DNA of 62,108 bases, filler included, from an uncultured virus (IMG/VR IMGVR_UViG_2049941000_000856) (lineage: Duplodnaviria > Heunggongvirae > Uroviricota > Caudoviricetes). It is 4 parts of one record of this genome, joined end to end, with 100 filler letters (N's around TTAATTAATTAA, not from the genome) between each part and the next. Parts side by side here need not be neighbours in the genome. Positions count along the whole stretch, not along the records: positions 47,025 to 62,108 come from IMGVR_UViG_2049941000_000856; 3 more parts are not named here. The stretch is one strand, 5' to 3'. The position numbers and the translations under genes are program-made. A model generated the notes under the pieces. The model searched no databases. It worked only from the letters and a program-made list of their open reading frames with translations, and was not told where the DNA came from. The stretch's first letter is position 1; the number at the start of each line of letters is the position of its first letter. Positions 57,745 through 62,108 of this stretch are shown here, one piece after another.

Positions 57745-60699
57745 ATGCCTGAAAATTACAATGTAGCACAGCTAGAAGATGTTAACGGCAACATTGCCGC
57801 ACTGCTTGCCAAAAGGATTGAAACAGCCATCAAGTTCGCCATTGAAGGCGATGTGTCCGGGGAATCGGCGTCCACTTTCCTTGATGGCAATGTGTCTATT
57901 ACGGTGAGCATCGGTTCCGGGAAAGTTAAAAGCAGCCATATCGCAAACGATGCAGTCAAGGCGGAACATGTGAACGACGGCGAAACACTGCCGGTTGATA
58001 TTTCTGGCAATGCCGCCACGGCAACAAAGGCGACAAAGGACGGCGACGGTAACGTCATCAAGAACACCTATCTCAAAATCGACGATGCCGCAGGCAATTC
58101 AGGATATATCCCCAAATCCCAGAAGGGGGTCGCGAACGGCGTGGCAACTCTCGATGACGACGGCAAGGTGCCTTCCTCTCAGTTACCTTCTTACGTCGAT
58201 GATACTATTGAAGGGTATCTATACAACGGATCCTTCTATAGCGACGCCAACCATACCATTCTTATCGCTCCAGAATCTGGAAAAATCTATGTAGAATTGG
58301 CTACAAACCGTTGCTATCGGTGGAGCGGTTCTCAGTACATCGAAGTACCGCAGTCGCTTGCTTTGGGCGAAACGGCATCAACCGCATACCGTGGCGACCG
58401 TGGTAAAACCGCATACGACCATTCCCAACAAACCGGCAACCCGCACAATACATCCCTGTCTGACTTAGGAATAACGGCCACAGCGTCCGAACTCAATGTT
58501 CTTGACGGCATTGATGTAACCGTAACGGAACTGAACAGTCTTGATGGTGTGACTGGCAATGTACAGACTCAGCTGGATGCCATGGCGACCCCTGCGGACA
58601 TTGCTTCCGCGATTGCCTCCGAAGTCACGAATCGCAATAACGCCATATCTTCAGCTATAAATGACCTTGATGGTAATGCTACGTCTAGCGATGGGACCAA
58701 TGTTCAAGTAAAAGTCACGGTGACAAACGGAGTCGTGACCGCCGTCAATATAGTGACGGATAATACTGCCAGCTCTGCTCAGCTTCAAAGTGAAGCTAAT
58801 GCCAGAATAGCGGCTGACGATGCTCTTGCAGCGCGTGCTACAGCGCTTGAAAACGGCAAAGCAAACTCCAGCCATACTCATACAACGTCGGACATCACGG
58901 ATTTTCCTACGCTTGGAAACGCAGCCAGCAAGAACGTTGGAACGGGAGCGAATGACGTAGCCGCAGGTACTCATGGACACACTAAAGACCAAGTTGGTCT
59001 CGGAAACGTTGATAACACCAGCGACGCAAACAAGCCTGTAAGCACCGCCCAGCAAGCTGCCCTCGATACCAAGGCGGACAAGGTTTCGTCAGCGACGAAC
59101 GGCCACCTTGCTGGGCTAGACGCAAACGGAAACCTGAAAGATTCTGGATATGGCGTAAAGAAGTCAAGTGATACATCGTCATGGTCCGATGATGACGCTA
59201 ACTTGCCAACGCGAGGTGCTGTACAGGCTAAACTCGATGCGATAGAATCCGGTTCGGACCAACGTGTCTTAGAACATGAACTGAACTGCGATAATCCCCA
59301 CGGCGTAAACCTCAAACAGCTCAATATTCCGAATCTTGGACGTTGCGTCTATGATTCAAATACACATACACTAAAAATGCTTGATGTCAGATTTTCTTCA
59401 AAGGGTTCCCCTGTCGAAACGGATGATCCGCAAATCGGCGACGCCCTGTATCTTGATTCCAATAATAAAAGGAAATGGCTCAAAGGTGGAGATTTACTCT
59501 ATGGATGCACTATCCCGTCAGGATATGTGCCTGTAGGAGTTGTCATCAAACGACTTGGTGATGATGTACTTATTCATTACTACGACTGCTCTGTCAACAA
59601 AAAATTTGCATCAGCATGGATGTGGGAAATAACAGGAATGACCCTCGACGGGACCTCAAGAAATATTGTTTTCAGGCAGCATAAAGAAGACAATACAGCA
59701 GTGACTATCGGGACGTTTACATATTCAGCGACTACAATGGCTGATTTCTGTACAGCTCTCGATACCTGGTTGAGAGCGAATCCTGGAGGAACTGCGGCAG
59801 GGGCCAGTTGGAATTATAACTGGCATTGCGAATATGCAGAAAATTACCAGGGAAATCTCTCTTGTATTGTCATCGCTGACAACATGGTCCACGTACGTCA
59901 AGCGAACAGCATTGTCTCATCTGGAGCAACTGCTTCGATGAATATGGCGTATATGTTGCCCGCGATATCAGAAAGTGTTGGTTTTGAACGAATGGGCGGT
60001 TCTCATGGTATTAGAGCTGGAGCCAACGCAGAAAGACTGATAGAATACTATAGCAGTAACGCTGGGTCTACAGCGACGCTGACAAGTGATGTGACGCCTA
60101 CGACGGCGGGCACCGTAGTCAGTAAAACGCAGTTTGAAGAGGGTCACTGCGCTCCATTAAGAGCTGTTTATAAGACATTTGAAGAGTACATCAAGAAATG
60201 TGTTATGCTAAAATGGCCTTCATTCAAATATGGCATGGCAACAACCTATGGAAAAGCAAATGAATGGACATACGCTTTGGCCAAGAAGACGGACCGTCAA
60301 ACAGGCAATTTAGTGACCCGTCAGCATTTTAATATTAATGGCGAAGCCGTAACAACATTCCCCGCAGCAGATTTTGCCGCAAGTATTAATTTCAATTCTC
60401 CTGGATTGGATGCTGGGAATTGGCGAATGATGGGTGTCGAGGACACGTTTGAGATGATTCGAAACATGAAAGCCGGTCTGTCAGGACATACGAGTTATGC
60501 TGGATTTGATCTCGTCAACAAAACGCTATACGCAATGAAAGGAGACGATTCGTCATCAGTCAAATTAACTAGTGCGCGCTGGCTCGCGGTCCGCTATAAC
60601 TATAATTACGCGTGGGCTTTCTTCAACAACGGTTATTTCTCCAACTACTACTTCAGTAACGCCTTCCGTGTGTCGGCGGTTGCGCTCTTAACCTTATAA
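57745..60699 (+). CDS. Tail fibre/receptor-binding protein; DGR target
   Basis: Fibre motifs (KGVANGVATLD.GKVPSSQLPS, TASELNVLDG, VGLGNVDNTSD.KPVSTAQ); the last ~40 codons form the VR. Confidence 0.9.
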   Translation: MPENYNVAQLEDVNGNIAALLAKRIETAIKFAIEGDVSGESASTFLDGNVSITVSIGSGKVKSSHIANDAVKAEHVNDGETLPVDISGNAATATKATKDGDGNVIKNTYLKIDDAAGNSGYIPKSQKGVANGVATLDDDGKVPSSQLPSYVDDTIEGYLYNGSFYSDANHTILIAPESGKIYVELATNRCYRWSGSQYIEVPQSLALGETASTAYRGDRGKTAYDHSQQTGNPHNTSLSDLGITATASELNVLDGIDVTVTELNSLDGVTGNVQTQLDAMATPADIASAIASEVTNRNNAISSAINDLDGNATSSDGTNVQVKVTVTNGVVTAVNIVTDNTASSAQLQSEANARIAADDALAARATALENGKANSSHTHTTSDITDFPTLGNAASKNVGTGANDVAAGTHGHTKDQVGLGNVDNTSDANKPVSTAQQAALDTKADKVSSATNGHLAGLDANGNLKDSGYGVKKSSDTSSWSDDDANLPTRGAVQAKLDAIESGSDQRVLEHELNCDNPHGVNLKQLNIPNLGRCVYDSNTHTLKMLDVRFSSKGSPVETDDPQIGDALYLDSNNKRKWLKGGDLLYGCTIPSGYVPVGVVIKRLGDDVLIHYYDCSVNKKFASAWMWEITGMTLDGTSRNIVFRQHKEDNTAVTIGTFTYSATTMADFCTALDTWLRANPGGTAAGASWNYNWHCEYAENYQGNLSCIVIADNMVHVRQANSIVSSGATASMNMAYMLPAISESVGFERMGGSHGIRAGANAERLIEYYSSNAGSTATLTSDVTPTTAGTVVSKTQFEEGHCAPLRAVYKTFEEYIKKCVMLKWPSFKYGMATTYGKANEWTYALAKKTDRQTGNLVTRQHFNINGEAVTTFPAADFAASINFNSPGLDAGNWRMMGVEDTFEMIRNMKAGLSGHTSYAGFDLVNKTLYAMKGDDSSSVKLTSARWLAVRYNYNYAWAFFNNGYFSNYYFSNAFRVSAVALLTL
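60572..60689 (+). repeat. DGR variable repeat (VR)
   Basis: 118-bp ungapped match to 61302-61419; 15 mismatches, all opposite TR adenines. Confidence 0.97.
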
Positions 60700-60825
60700 T
60701 TTATAACTTTGTGGCGGCTCTTTGNNNNNNNNNNNNNNNNNNNNNNNNNNNNNNNNNNNNNNNNNNNNNNNNNNNNNNNNNNNNNNNNNNNNNNNNNNNN
60801 NNNNNNNNNNNNNNNNNNNNNNNNN

Positions 60826-61250
60826 ATAAAAGATGGGAAGATACAGGACTTTACGTCGATACTTATGAGCTGATAAAAGCAGTCCATAGCGTAATATACG
60901 ACTTTCCTAAAAAAGATCGTGTCGTTCTTGGAGATAAGATTCACGATAAGGCCACTTCTATGCTTGCTCATGCAGGGATGGCCTACAAATTGTCGGAACG
61001 TCGAAAAGAAGAAATAGATCTGTTCATTTACGACTTTGAAATTTTAAAAGCGTACTTACGCCTTGCTATAGATTTCAAATACCTCCTACCTGCGAAGCAG
61101 GTAAAAATTTTTTCGTATATCCAGAGAATCGACGAAGGCATCATGAAATGGCGTAAAAGTGTCATGTCGAAAATTCAGGCGTCCAAGGATTCAAACTACG
61201 ACCTTGGACCTGGCAAACAAGAATCAAGAGGAGGCGACGGATTCATTTAA
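60826..61250 (+). CDS. avd: DGR accessory variability determinant (four-helix bundle; start lies in the N gap)
   Basis: FPKKDRVVLGDKI...LKAYLRLAIDF...I..GI.KW; located between VR and TR. Confidence 0.85.
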
Positions 61251-61301
61251 TCCATCTTCCGCAGTCGCCTTATTGGCGTTGTTTTGTCGTGCTATTGTTG
61301 T

Positions 61302-61419
61302 GTGCGCGCTGGCTCGCGGTCCGCAATAACAATAATAACGCGTGGGATTTCAACAACAACGGAAATTTCAACAACAACAACTTCAATAACGCCTTCCGTG
61401 TGTCGGCGGTTGCGAACTT
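61302..61419 (+). ncRNA. DGR template repeat (TR)
   Basis: Intergenic AAC/AAT-rich copy of the VR; reads ARWLAVRNNNNNAWDFNNNGNFNNNNFNNAFRVSAVAN in the VR frame. Confidence 0.95.
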
Positions 61420-61424
61420 GAAAA

Positions 61425-62108
61425 ATGTTTGTCGTTAGGACTATGGTAGAATTGAAAGACCTGATAGAAGTATATTATAGGGCGCGGAAGAACAAGCGTC
61501 GTTCCCGCGACACCGTGAAGTTCGAAGTGGACTTCGAGGCAAACCTTGTAAACCTACAGCGTAAAATCAATTCCCGGGAGCTTACCATAGATTCTAACTA
61601 TGCCTTCGTCGTTTTCTCTCCTAAGCCGCGTGAAATATTCGCCACGTCCATGGAAACGAGAATTGTCCACCATTACTTGGACTGGAGACTACGACCAATA
61701 TACGAAAAGGTCCTTTCTCCCATATCGTTTAACAACCGCAAGGGAATGGGTCAGCACGCTGCCGTAGAAATGTTTCGTCAGCTAGTCAGAGAGGAATCTG
61801 AAAATTACACGAAAGACGCTTGGATTATCCATCTTGACTTCAAAGGATTTTTTCCGAATGCAGATGTTGAAGTAGCTTTCAAACAGCAAAAAACGCTCAT
61901 TGAACGCTTCTATAACGGTCCCGACAAAGAAGACCTCATCTACATGATGGACGTGTCTTTGCATGCCGATCCTGCCAGACATTGCAATGTGTTCGTACCT
62001 CGTGAAAACTGGAATTTGATAGCTCCTGAAAAGTCGCTGTTTNNNNNNNNNNGGCGGAGCAATCGGCTTCTTGGTATGGCAAAATGCCATGGGTCTCTAT
62101 ATCAATAA
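61425..62108 (+). CDS. DGR reverse transcriptase (3' truncated; start may be 61443)
   Basis: ARKNKR, PKPREIFA, RIVHH, SFNNRKGMG, LDFKGFFP, KSLF, then after the gap GGAIGFLVWQ. The YxDD motif is not inside the window. Confidence 0.92.
   Translation: MFVVRTMVELKDLIEVYYRARKNKRRSRDTVKFEVDFEANLVNLQRKINSRELTIDSNYAFVVFSPKPREIFATSMETRIVHHYLDWRLRPIYEKVLSPISFNNRKGMGQHAAVEMFRQLVREESENYTKDAWIIHLDFKGFFPNADVEVAFKQQKTLIERFYNGPDKEDLIYMMDVSLHADPARHCNVFVPRENWNLIAPEKSLFXXXXRSNRLLGMAKCHGSLYQ

Larger units (their letters stand above)
1576..62108. mobile_element. Mu-like transposable prophage(s): interleaved fragments of at least 3 related variants
   Basis: MuA DDE transposase, MuB, GemA, Mor, DUF935 portal, gpF, gpG, gp36, sheath, DNA-circulation and gp44-48-like genes. 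GemA, portal and TerL each occur as 3 diverged copies or fragments. Confidence 0.92.

Noticed and set aside
61321..61390. AAC/AAT-rich run as a microsatellite or low-complexity ORF
   Set aside because: It is the DGR template repeat, fully explained by its alignment to the VR.
61425..62108. RT as a group II intron, retron or Abi RT
   Set aside because: The adjacent avd and the A-specific VR/TR pair identify a DGR.
1..62108. CRISPR array or rRNA
   Set aside because: No regularly spaced repeat-spacer array or rRNA-like sequence was seen.

Overview
Gapped, concatenated assembly with many 10-N joins and three TTAATTAATTAA contig linkers (20126, 22037, 46969). It is dominated by at least three related variants of a Mu-like transposable myovirus prophage, mixed with host fragments that look Fibrobacter-like (inference): an amino-acid ABC solute-binding protein, a GH26 hydrolase and rpoB/rpoC pieces. 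Reconstructed phage order: end repeats <- early operon (ASCH genes, DUF5675, DUF3164, GemA, MuB, MuA, BRO, Ner) | repressor -> cargo -> Mor | <- gpG, gpF, portal, TerL, TerS, holin | protease, DUF2190, capsid, sheath, tube, chaperone, tape measure, baseplate, tail fibre ->. The standout is a diversity-generating retroelement (DGR) at the right end: a 984-aa tail fibre with a C-terminal variable repeat (VR, 60572-60689), an Avd-like gene, a template repeat (TR, 61302-61419) and a truncated reverse transcriptase. All 15 VR/TR mismatches fall on TR adenines, and the RT has IGFLVWQ in place of the usual GxxxSQ motif. Comparing variants also shows a stand-alone paralogue of the transposase DNA-binding domain, a covarying tRNA-like RNA, MuF nuclease-like tails facing promoter-driven structured RNAs, a cargo slot with conserved boundaries, a fibre+glycosyltransferase insertion and a probable signal peptide on the capsid protein. 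All family assignments come from reading motifs by eye; no searches were run, and joins across N gaps are inferred.
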